Below, in pieces: positions 28,401 to 40,135 of a stretch of 64,000 nucleotides of DNA. This DNA is from the human T2T-CHM13v2.0 reference genome, Homo sapiens, in the NCBI RefSeq assembly GCF_009914755.1, contig NC_060933.1; one strand, written 5' to 3'. Position 1 is the stretch's first letter. Each line of letters starts with the position of its first letter. Both the position numbers and the translations under genes were made by a program. The notes beneath the pieces are model-generated. The model saw only the letters and a program-made list of their open reading frames with translations, was not told the origin of the DNA and ran no database searches.

Positions 28401-31400
28401 TAACCCCATCATGAATTTCTTGTTTATGCAAAGGAAAGGACTTTTGCATTCCTGTCACTGTTGAACTGTGGGTGTGAGCACTGTTGGGCCCCCAGAAATA
28501 AAGGCAAGTTCTTTTTATACTGTCTGAAGGAGCTGCTTTCTTAGGTGGTGATGCTTGGAGGTAAGGTCCTTTATTTTTCACGATCACTCTGTGGTACGAC
28601 CAAAGCCTTATCTCTCTCCCGCCAGTGCTGCTGTATTAAACACAGCTGGCCTTTCAGTCTTAAATTCAGCTGATCTTAAAATAAATAAATAAACGCAGCT
28701 GGCCTAGAAGTCATGTGAAGTTTGCTTTGATTTCCACGTGGGTGGAAGTGGAGTGGTCCACATAGCATGTCCCACTCCCCCTGTGCCCGCCCCGGGCTCC
28801 TCGTACCACCCGGTGCTGCCTTGAGCACATCTGCTGATACGTGGTCTCTTTCACTTGCTTTACAAACATTTTGGTTTATTACATGACCACTGCTTTTTCA
28901 TTTGTAGGGTGGCTTTACGGGGAGCAAATGTTTATTTTACAAAGACAAATGTATGGAAGCTGTTTAACCACATTTTTGCTTCAATATGCTCTTTTTAAGG
29001 TCTATTATCTTATCCTTTAAAAATGTTGTAATGTGTACTTTGCGAATGAAAGATGCTTTATTAGTTTTATTGTCTGTGTCCCAAAATAACGTTTGTTCAC
29101 TGATTTTTTTTCCCTACTTTTTTCAGAAACTACATTTCCCCCCATGAGTTAGAATAGTTACAACTAAAAGCCAGGTGGCCGCAGGTTGTTTACCAAGTGA
29201 GAGTCATTTCAAGTCTATTCAGAAGAATGGGACTCACAGAAACCTGGGAGCATGAAGCTGGCTCTGGCAGCACTGTGGTCGGGGGCCTTGTTTTAGGGGG
29301 AGCAGATACCTGAGGGGAGTGTCCATCCTTGCTTCTTACCTCTCTCAAATTAGAGTCAGTCAGTGTGCTCCCTCCCTTACTTCCATCTCGCGGTCTTAAG
29401 TCAGGGAGTTTAGCTTTAAATATTTTCATTGTGTAAAATTTGGAGAGGACAAAAGCTTCCATTGATCCTTTTGGTTCTGTTTCTGTGTAGAGTTGCTGAG
29501 CTTTCAGCTTAAAAGAAAACTCAGATATACAGGTATGAATGCAGGTATTTTTGTAGGTTCACATATAGGTAATTGTTTGATTTTAAACTGGAGCTGTATC
29601 TATTGGTTAAACCTAGTTGGGGTTAAGTTGAGGACCAAGCTAGTTGTCTTACTCAGGGTTTCTTTGCTCTGTGTGTCTCTTTAGTTTAGACCAAATCCCA
29701 AATGAGAGTTCTAACAGTAGGCTTCTTTGTAAGCACAAGCGTATAATATGGGGAGATGCTTTTCTTTCTACTCTCCCCTTCCCTGTAATTCTGCAATTTG
29801 GCAGGGCTGGTTCCTTCTGTATTTAGTTAGCAAACGAGGCCCCACTTCTGGCAAAGGGTGTTTAGGGGCTGGTGGTGCCGAGAATCGCTTCTCTGTGAGG
29901 CTGAGCCCATTCCCCAAAGCCTGCCTGCCTTTGTCTGGAGGGGCCTTGATGCCAGGCGCCTGTTGTCCTCGGACTGTCTGTCTTGAGAAATGCTGCTCAC
30001 CAGTTTTGAGTGTTTGTGGGGTAGAGCAGGTCCCCATCCTGTTGTGGCCTGGCCTGGGTACCCCTCGTGGAGCTGCTGTTTGACAGCAGCACAACAAAGG
30101 GTAGTAGTGAGGTGAAGTGGGGAGAGCCCACGACTGGGGTGAAAAGGAAGACACTGGGAAGAGGGCTCAAGGGCTGGAGGGCATTCAGTCAGTGGCCCTG
30201 GGAGACGGGTTAGGGGTACTTGAGGCCATGGGTTGAAGGCCCAGCCTCCTGCAGGAAAGCACCTCTCTCGGAACATCACAGGAGGCTGAAGGGTGAGATG
30301 AACTGGAAGGAGAAGGAGGGCAGAGGGAGAAAGAGAACCAGTCTCACTGGGCTGCCTGGGCAGAAGTGCTGGATACCCACATGCACCCGGCAGTGTTCAT
30401 GGTATGAATGGTGAGGAGGCCTACCAGAGGCTGGGCGCCTGGGTTTGGCCTCTTCTGTAAAACAGTAGATTTCTTTTTAATACCGTATGGTGGATGGGTG
30501 ATTTTGTTACAAGTAGTTATGTAGTAATTTGATATCTTTAAAACATGCTGCAATTACTTGACTTCTCATGAAAAGAAATGGAGTGTTAGTAATTCTTTGG
30601 GTCCTTGTCAGTGCTGATTGTACTGCAGTTTTGCTGAAGGCGCCTTGTTTCTCCTGAGAGAATAGCCACAGCATGTCTTTCAGATGAAGCGATGTCATGA
30701 AGTACAGAATATACCCAAGAACCAAGTGATTGCATTGGTGTCTTGTCTCCTTTCTTTCTGCCTCTGTCTGTAGGCAAGTGGGGGCTTTCTTAGAACTTAG
30801 AAGAGTGAGGTGAGAAAACAGATACCTAGTGGAATGGTGCGGTGGGTGTGGTGTTTGCAGTGCTTGCTGTCTGCCCGTTGCCCCCCGCATACCTTTTGGA
30901 AAAGTATATGTGTGTGTGAATGAGTGAGGGGGTAAGGGGGTAGGGGGTAGGGAGGGTCAGGCAGAGTGCACACTTGGGGGCAGAAAGATGAGGAGCAGGG
31001 AGGGAAACCAGTACTTTTTAAAAATTGTTTTAGAACACCAGAAAGTGGCAGTTAAAATCCAGGTGTTCTTATGAATGTACTGTTGACTTGATATCAGCTT
31101 CCAGACCTGTAATTGGGATTGACAGGAATGATCTGCACATACACAGGGATGGAGAGAAGCTCAGCAGAGAGAACCATGGAATTCATAGGATTAATTTTAA
31201 AATCTTGATTTTAGAGTAAATATTTTTCACTTCCTACAAGGCATATCTCAAATTGATTCTTCCTCCAGTGCACTACAGGGCCGATCTCACAGGGCCACCA
31301 GGCCTGGCCCTGCTGTTGCATAGCGAGTAACACGGATGAAGTCTTACACATGCTTCTCTTCATTTCTTGTATTTCACATACATTGTGTTTTATTTTTGTA

Positions 31401-32086
31401 CCATGTTAAGACTATCTCCTGTCTTTGCCCTTAACTTGTAACACCACTTTTGACCATTCCTGTATGAGAACTCAGGAATATGGGTAACTTTGTGTGTCTG
31501 TGTGTATAGCTGCACATATAGTTGTGTACAGCCTTTTGAGCTTTTTAATGGATTATAAGTATGATTTTCGTAATGGAGGGAAGACACAGTTCTTTCAGTA
31601 TGTGCTCTTTATTTCTCAGTGTGCAGCAGGTATATTTGCAGAGCTTATGTGGTAAAAAGACTGAATGCCACATCTTACTTCTGTGAAATTTCCAGGTGTT
31701 TGCCTGTAATTGGATGGCTCCTTGAATCTTTGTCTAGGCTAAATTACATTTTCTGGTGTATGCGTGCTGTAAAGGAAGAGATCCAGTAAACCACGATAAT
31801 GTTTTATTAAGATAAGCACAGTTTTGATCTGCTCTAAGTATAGAACTGAAATGATTAGTCATGGAAAACGGGGCCAAAGCAGACCCCAGAATGTAGTGTC
31901 TTTGGGAATACAGACAATGTAGGCCCTGAGGAATTACAAAAGTCAGCCGAACAGTCTTTCCATGTTGCCAATATATGCTGAAAGCACCCAGGTTACCCTG
32001 GGTATGTGGTCTTCAGTCTGAACATTTGGGTGTTGTTTCTCATCAACTGAACGGCATTTTCATAGGCTGTTTGGTTTTGTCTTTAG

Positions 32087-32203
32087 CTTCTTCCAGACCA
32101 GCTGGTCTTGCTTCTGGAGCATCTCTTGGAGCAGAAGACTCTGAGCCCCCGAACTCTGCAAAGCCTCCAGAGGACATACCACCTCCAGGATCAGGATGCA
32201 GAG
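32087..32203 (+). CDS. AOPEP: Aminopeptidase O, internal coding exon (117 nt, phase 0/0): LLPDQLVLLLEHLLEQKTLSPRTLQSLQRTYHLQDQDAE
   Basis: Acceptor ttttgtctttag|C at 32086/87 and donor GAG|gtaacc at 32203/04; open frame; matches the AOPEP C-terminal region (M1/LTA4H-type C-terminal domain) as I recall it; joins in frame to the next two exons. Confidence 0.95.
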
Positions 32204-32870
32204 GTAACCAGGAACACTCTCGGAGTTTAACCAGCAGGTCCCCACTGTTGTTGAAGAATGGTGATCCCATTGCAGTCCCAAACTATTGAAACCACCATTT
32301 CTATTAGCAAAATCTCATGTGTTTGCTGTATGAGTGAAGAACTAAGTGCTTTAATCTGATTATGCTTATGCTTCTAATCAGAGTATTTTGAGGTCTTAAG
32401 TTTTTCCCTCTTCTTAAATCATAAAGATGGACATAAGTCTCCTAAAGGAATGAGTGGAATGTTTTTGAGTTGTAAACTTGGGTGGGTCATTGTGCCCACT
32501 GACGGTGGTGCCATTCTGTTGCACATTAAGGAAACTTGGCTCAGATGTGTCAGAGCTTCTTGGTTGCATTCAGTTAGGGCAGGAAAGGAGCCATGTGTAA
32601 AGGGAATGAAAACTAAATCTAGCAGCTGTAGTTGGAAAAGGCAATTGGATGCTTGCGAGAAAGCAATGTGATATAGTCCTTAATATCTTCTACCTTATTG
32701 TGAGGAATGCAGTGTGAATCCTAAGACAAATTCCAGGGTTTTAAAAAAATACAAAATAGTAAATAATGTATTCAGACATCTTAAGTAAAAACAAGAGCTT
32801 AAACAGAAAACCTCTTTTATATAAGACTCCCAAAATGCAGAAAGTAAGTTTGGTTTTGAACATTTTAAAA

Positions 32871-33090
32871 CTGTGCAGTCTAGTACAGCAGCCATTAGCC
32901 ATGTGTGGCTGTTAAACACTTAAATGCAGCTATTTTGAGTTGAGATGTGCTGTAAGTATAAAATGCACAATGAATAGTGAAGACACTGGAATGAAGAAAG
33001 ACAAAATAACTTAATGTGTCCCAGTTGATTATAGTGTTAGTGATATTTGGGATATATTAGGTTAAATATTATTGTAATGAATTTTATAAT
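32871..33090. mobile_element. hAT-Charlie DNA transposon relic (MER33-like)
   Basis: gcagccattagccatgtgtggctg...tgagatgtgctgtaagtataaaat...gatatttgggatatattaggttaaat. Confidence 0.7.
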
Positions 33091-34800
33091 CATTAAAATG
33101 GAGTAATTGAGAAAAGCCCGTTCCTTATTAACCAAAAGGTAAGATGGCCATTGTTAGGCATTTTAAAGCCCCATAAACTCAACAGTGATTGAAAAACTCC
33201 AGAGGGGACATGTAGCTTTTTACCCACCTGAGCATAGACCAAATTTACAACTGTTGCTGTTTATTTCAGCTCTTATATTTTTGTATGTAGGAGTTCTCAA
33301 ATGCCAGACTGTTATTTTTAATTAGTGTTTAAAAGACTTTGCTATATATAGTCATTAGGCTGTGTTTTAATCAGGGTGGAGTACCACCAAACCTCCAGGA
33401 CCCTGTGATGGGCATGGACAGACCAGAGGGGAGGATCAGAGCAGGCACCGGGCACCTGTCACTTGATGTCCGGAAACCATGAGGTGGCCCCCTTCCGTTT
33501 AGCATAAAACATGTCCTGTTCTTGCAGCTCAACTTAGTTGTTATATATAACCTCTTAGAACCTTTGAGAAGAACGGCTGTGGGTGCTAAGGCCAGTGTTG
33601 AATTAGGTGGCTGGTTCAGAAACACCTGCCCAGGCTAACGGGGCAGATCTCTATACAGCGCAGGGGTGCTTGGGACCTGGTGGGGGCAGATTTCTTTACC
33701 TTCTGTGCCCCTATATTTTTGAGATAACGCAGAAAGGCTTCCCTTGCTCTACATGTGACCGAGATGCATATGTAAAGCTGCCTTTCCAGAAGGGTAAGCT
33801 TGCTGCCTCCAGCTGTTCCTGCTCCTCATGGCAAAGTGCACTGAGGAGTTTTGTTGGCTGAGCAGCGTGTTCGGGATGTAGCGGCTGCAAGTGAGAAGCC
33901 TATTCCATGGTTGCTTTAGCTCCTGGGCTGCCATCCCGGTCTGTCCCTCCCTCTTTTCATGTGGATGGGCCGGTACAGGCCCACCCACACAGAGAAGGAA
34001 GAAAGGAGGGACGAGATTACTATTAACCATTCTTTCTATGTGTGGTGCTTCTGTGTATGGGCTGTGTTCACAGAGCATCTGATCTGTTGGTCTGATTTTC
34101 TGAGTGTAGCACTGAGTCTGCTGCGGCTGCTTGCCAAGGGCTTGAATGTCGAGGGGTTGTGGGGCCAGGGTTCTGAATACTATCTCAGGTTATGCACACC
34201 CTGCCTGCCCTCCATGTGCCTGCATCACGTGATGTGAAGACCCAGGTGTATGCTCTTCATGGAGGCAATGCCCCCGTGTTCAGAATGTGAAAGGAAAAGT
34301 GCTCAAGGACAGACAGAGTTGAGAGCATGGGTGGAGTAGGCAAACCATCCCAGGCTACCTCCTGCCTTGCCACCCCTCTGCAGGGCGGGCACAGGCTGCG
34401 CTCCTTGATGCTCCTTGGCCTGGAGAGTGAAGCTGACCTCAAAGTCAGCCATCTTGTATGTAGCAGGCCTCAGGACTATGGGCGGGTGCTGGGCCACTGC
34501 AGCCAGCACGGAAAATGAGCCGAAGGGAAATCCGTTCCACAGAAGCACCTTGTCTTTCTGCAGTTTTTGAGTATATTTCTCAAATAGCCATAAAAGTTTA
34601 AAAAATATATTTGACAGCTAACTCTGGGAACAAAACATGTTATCTAAGATCCCTTTTTAAGTAACACATTTCCTGCCTGCCTTAGCAGGTCTCTTAAGCT
34701 GTAAAAATAGCTACCCATGGCAGTGAGATGAGGATCCCTGGACCTTGCCTTTCTGACCTCTTTCCCCCAGGAAGTCCATGACTGACCTTCAGGCAGCAGC

Positions 34801-34920
34801 ATCTCTGCAGGCTCCACTGAGCGCTTTCAGATCTCCGCAGACTCCACTGAGCGCTTTTAGATCTCCGCAGACTCCACTGAGCGCTTTCAGATCTCTGCAG
34901 ACTCCACTGAGCGCTTTCAG
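34801..34920. repeat. 30-bp minisatellite, 4 copies
   Basis: atctcYgcagRctccactgagcgctttYag repeated head to tail. Confidence 0.95.
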
Positions 34921-35685
34921 ACTGGGGCCATGCCTCAGGGGATGGGCTCCCCCTGTGTTGTTTTGCTGGTGGCCACGAATCCGAAAGGCCCATGCTGCAG
35001 CGTGCCCTGCTTTGAGTTTGGTTGATATGCTTAATAAGAACATTAGTTTTCTGGGAGAATTTGGTAGCACCCGTTCTTCCCTTCACTGTGTGGGGGAAAT
35101 AGTGTTGATTGAAAGGAAGAGGACTCCGAGATTGGATTGGAGCAAGAAAGTGTGGGTATCGTGTGTTGTGACTGTGTCTTCTCCGGGGTGCTGCTTCACT
35201 GGAGGTCTCCCTTCAGGGTCTGGCCCTCATGCCTGGCCCCAGGTGCTCGTGTGCACGTGAGCGGCTCTTCCTGCTGACTGACTACAGCTAATTGACAAAA
35301 GGCAGTTTCAAAAAAAAAAAAATCTCAACTTAGTAAGGTGTCAGCACAGAGGGGAGTAGCTAGAAAAAGCTTGCTAACAACATTTAGAGGCCACCCTAAG
35401 ACAGCTATACTCTCCCAAAGTGCCAAAGAATGTAACCTTGGGAGGCTCCACTCTTTCATGTAGAATTGCAAACTAAACTAGTAGGAGCAAGTGAATGTGA
35501 GGAAACAGATTGTAAGGGCATACCTGTTTCAGCACTCATCCGGCTGCCTTCCAGGATAGAAAGGAAACTCCAGGTTGATTGGAAATGGAAAAAACGACCA
35601 GCGTCACAGGCCTGTCCCGTAGCACGGGCAGTAGCTGAAGAGGCCCTGCAGACCCTGTGTAATGGGTCTAGGTCTCCTCTACCTC

Positions 35686-35979
35686 TTTTTTGTTTGTATG
35701 TTTGAGACGGAGTCTCGCTGTGTCTCCCAGGCTGGAGTGCAGTGGCACGATCTTGGCTCACTGCAACCTCCAACTCCCAGGTTCAAGCAGTTCTGCCTCA
35801 GCCTCCTGAGTAGCTGGATTACAGGTGCCCACCACCACGCCCAGCCAATTTTTTGTATTTTAATAGAGACGGGGTTTCACCATCTTGGCCAGGCTGTTCT
35901 CGAACTCCTGACCTCATGATCCACCTGCCTTGGCTTCCCAAAGTGCTGGGATTACAGGCGTGAGCCACCGCGCCTGGCC
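35686..35979 (-). mobile_element. Alu (AluS-type)
   Basis: Full dimer; TSD tc(c/g)tctacctcttt. Confidence 0.94.
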
Positions 35980-36739
35980 TCGTCTACCTCTTTTGATGCA
36001 TCGTACACAAGCCATTGGTCGGGGGGCGGGTCCACAAGCTGGTATTTGTCTTAATATGCTGTTACTAATACATTGTTTACTTGGGAAGAAAGCACCATAG
36101 CATTTATTTGCAGTCCAAAGGTGGAAGTTGTGACTCCAGCAACACAATCATGTGACAGCTTTAATGCTCATTTATGAATTTCATTGGGCCAAAAGCATAG
36201 TTCTGTGACTCAAGCACTTAATGATTAATAGAACTCTAGAGGAACTTACCAAAGGGGCAAAGAATGAAGGTTTGATGGTTGTTACATCTCCAGATTCTAA
36301 AATTGATCCATAGTTGTGGTTCTGTTCGTTCCTTTCAGTGCTAGAACTCTTTCCATTAGAGATGACTTTCGTCTTCTGCTTTGGAGGGCTTGGAGATGTG
36401 AAATGTTCAGGAGGGTCTTTTCCCTGCTGTTGGAGCTTCTTTTTCTTCCCTGGTTGCTTTTTCATAGTATTCTGGCTACAAATAAGTAAGACATTTCTAT
36501 TTTGTTTTGTTACAGAGTGGCTTAGAGGAAAGGTTAGATATAATCTCTTTGGGCTCTGTTGCTGTTTCAGGATGCTCGATGCTTTAGATTTATTAATATG
36601 TAGTGTGCTGAACTTAGAAGTCCTTCCTCTTGTCTGCCTTGATCCAGAGTCTAAGCGTAATAAAGGCAGAAACTCTGGCTATGCTGACGTCAGGTCCTGT
36701 CATCGTGGTGTGTGAGGGCAGCACCCAGCTCTGCCTCTC

Positions 36740-36836
36740 CCACCACGGTGCTGGCACCAGGGCCTCTGCCCCGTAGGACACCGAGGCTTATGAATAGGAG
36801 CAGTGCCGGCCAAGGCGCCGGCACCATCTTGGTGAT
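36740..36836 (+). ncRNA. MIR6081: Annotated mir-6081 hairpin (mature AGGAGCAGUGCCGGCCAAGGCGCC, 36796-36819); weakly supported as a genuine miRNA
   Basis: Matches the recalled mature sequence; outer arms cacc..ggtgctggcacc / ggcgccggcacc..ggtg pair. Confidence 0.75.
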
Positions 36837-39072
36837 GTCCAGGGGGCCCACCCAGGCCCCCTTTTCCTCTCCTCCCCTTCTCCTGCTGGCTGCCCTTGGT
36901 GCAGGCGAATCCAGGGCCTCATTACTAAGCCAGCTGGCTCACCACGTCATCATCCAGCATTGTCAGGAGACACCATTGTGGAACAGAGCCCTACAAGGCA
37001 GGTTTTCAGATTGAACATGAAAAAGAACACCATTGTGGAGTGTCAGAGTAGTGTGTGCAATTAGTGAAATGCTTTTATAGGGTAAAATACAAGGAACCAG
37101 GTCCCCCCGGGATCCCAAAAGGGCAAGTTGACACTTGCCACCTCCACCTGGCAACCCACAGAAGCTCAGCATTAGGCCGTTTCTCACAGTATGATTGCAG
37201 GTACAGGGGTCTGGCTTACTGGCCCATTGATGCCATCAACCTTAGGTTACAGATCAAGAGGCCAGATACCGATGAGTCTGAACTTTAGAACATGGCCTGT
37301 GAATAGTGTGACTTCAGGTTTTTAGAAAGCTGAGACCATGCTTGTGAGGGTCATGGCTGTCCCTTTGACAGAGCATTATTCCTTTTCTAGAGTTTAAAAG
37401 GTGGGTATAGATTGAAAAAAGGGATTGGGGTAATTGTCTTTAGTTACTTTAGACATATCTTTTTAAACCATCTGCTTTTTATGATAGGAGAAAGAATAGA
37501 GTTCTCTGGTTTTATTTGTGCATTTTTTCTTTGTCTTATTTGGTTTATGAAACATTTAATCGATGTTTCAGAACATTCCTTCAAAGTCAGGACGGTCTGT
37601 CTCTCAGTACATCCTTCTTAGGGTTTTCTTTCTGTTATTCAATTCAGTGCCTCTGGAACTTTCCTGTGGAAAGCCTGCAACAGCATCTCCCCTGTTATAC
37701 TGTGATAAAGGGATTTTTTTTTTAAAAAGCTGATCTAAAATCACAAAGAACTTTCTTTTTTAGATAAATAATTTCCTGTGTTGTTCCTGAAGATTGTGTT
37801 TTGTTTACTGTGAATTTATAGCAAATGAAAGTAAAGAAGAAGCAAGCCATGGACAGCATAATCTGGCTAATTTTTCTTAAATGGTCAGCTTAGCATTTAT
37901 CTGTTTAAAGAGAGAGGGCATTTAATAGGTGGCTTTTAGCTACAGGTTCAGCCAGACTTTATTAGAAAAGCCACTGGTTGCAGAGTATCCCTGCCGTCTG
38001 CTGTTTGCACAGGGTTCAGCAGTGGGCCCACTGTTACCGACCTCTGAAGATGTGAGGGCCTCTGTGTTTGCTCCATAGGGCGCTCTCCAGTCTGTACAGA
38101 TTTTCTCAGAAAGATGGAGATGGAGATTTACACATTCTCTGGGGTCTAAATAGCAGTGCCCTGATGCTCTTCTTCCGGTATAGCCAGGAAACCAGCAGCA
38201 TCTCATATTCATTGTGTGTCCAAAGGCTTCTCGAGTGGAATTAATGCATTGGACTTTAATTGGTGCTTCTGGGTTCTTTACAGCTCAGTCAGTAGTTTAC
38301 ATACTTTTGTATTGGATTTCTGTTCTGAAATCCACACCAGAAACCACACAACTTTCTTTGAACATTGCCGTCTCTTTTTACAATTGTAAACTTAGCCATA
38401 TTCCCATTTAAAGTATACCTTAAATGCCCTGAAATACAGGGCTCACTCTGCCACAGCTCTCAACATAGCTTTCCAGGTGGCTTTTCTGCCTTCTGGTGGC
38501 TTTCATGTACACCATCTTTGCTCTCTAGAACTGTGGCACACCAGGATGTGAGAGGTGGATCTGTCTGGACTTCAGGCTGTGAGAACCTCACAGCACAGAT
38601 AGGATGTGAGCTTTACCCCTTGTGTTCAGGCCGCTCGCACGGAGTCAGCTTGCGGAAGCACGTTCCCAGGCCTGCTCTGCGTGTAATGGTGGAATTTTGT
38701 GTGGATGGCAGGGTATGATATTTAGAACATAAACACAGTAGAGATTGGCTAAACTTTGTGGGGTGGCACTAAAAATGATTTTTAGGCTGTTCAGTCTCTG
38801 CATATTGCTTTGCTGCAACCTTGAACCACATGGAACTGTGTTCTGTAGACCACCTGGTTTTGCCCATCCATGGGTGGAAGCAAATGCCCAGGCTGGGCAC
38901 AGGAAGTTCCCAGGCACTGAGGGAACCAGCCAGCGCAAAGCTGACTTCATGGCCTCGGCTCTCAGGGCACCAGGTAGTTTTTCTCGAGAGTAGACTGTGT
39001 AGAATAGTACCCTTCGCTGAAACAGCCTTTCTCAACTTGGTTCTTAGGGTGAGGGGTAACTGTTTTTAGTAA

Positions 39073-40135
39073 CTTTTTTGAGCTATAATTCACATACCAT
39101 GAAGTGCACCCATTTTAAAGTATACAATTCAGTAGTTTTTAATATATTCACAGAGTTGTACAACCATCACCACAATCACTTGTAGAACATTTTGTCATCC
39201 CCAAAAGAAACCCAGTACCCTTTGGCTGTCATCCCTAGCTCCCCAGTCCTAGGCAAGCACTCATTTTTCTGTCTCTGTAGATTTGCCTATTCTGGGCCTT
39301 CACATAAATGGAATTATATATAATATTTGGTCTTTTGTGACTGACTTCTTTTGACTTAGCATAATGTTTTCGGGGATCATCCTTCTTTGTAGCATATATC
39401 ATTACTTCATTCCTTTTTATTGCCAAATATTTTGAGTCATATGGATGGATGGCATTTGTTGATCCACACATCAGCTGATGGACAGTTAGGGTGTTTCCAC
39501 TTTTAACTATTGTGAATAATGCTGCTAGGAACATATGTGTGTAAGGTTTTGTGTGGACATATGCTTTCATTTCTCTTAGGTATATTCCTAGGAGTAGAAT
39601 TGCTGGATTATAACCCTTGTTTAACCTTTTGAGGAACTGCCAGTGTGTTTTCTGCTGTGGCTAAACCATCTTACATTTTCTCTAGCAGTGAGTATGGGTT
39701 CGGCCTCCACCAGCACTTGTTGTTGTCCGTCTTTTTTATTTTAGCCATCCTGTTGGATGTGACTTGGTACCCCACTGTCGTCGTCATTCCTTTTTTTCAC
39801 GTATTGACTAATGGTGTTGAGCATCTTTTCATGTGCATATTGACCATTTGCATATCTTCTTTGGAGAAAGGGCTAGTTAAACCTTTTGCTCATTTTTAAA
39901 TTGGTTTGTCTTTGTATTACTGAGTTATAATAGTTCTTTATATAGTCTAGATACGAGTTCCTTCTCAAATACAGTTTGCAAAAATATACTCTTATATGAT
40001 GGTATCCCTTGAGGTATAAAAATTTTCACTTTAATGAAGTCCAGTGTATCTCCTTTGTTTTGTTGAAAATCATTGCCAGGGTCATGAAGATTTATGCCTG
40101 TGTCTTTCCTAAAAGTTGTATAGTTTTAGTTCTTT
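39073..40135 (-). mobile_element. Old L1 (L1MB-like) 3' portion
   Basis: tttgagctataattcacatacca...aaagtatacaattcagt...ttgtgaataatgctgct...gttgagcatcttttcatgtgc; ORFs 39235..39570 and 39645..39899 are L1 remnants. Confidence 0.88.

Noticed and set aside
34801-34920. 30-bp repeats suggesting a CRISPR array
   Set aside because: Units abut with no unique spacers, no cas genes, and the DNA is primate intron.
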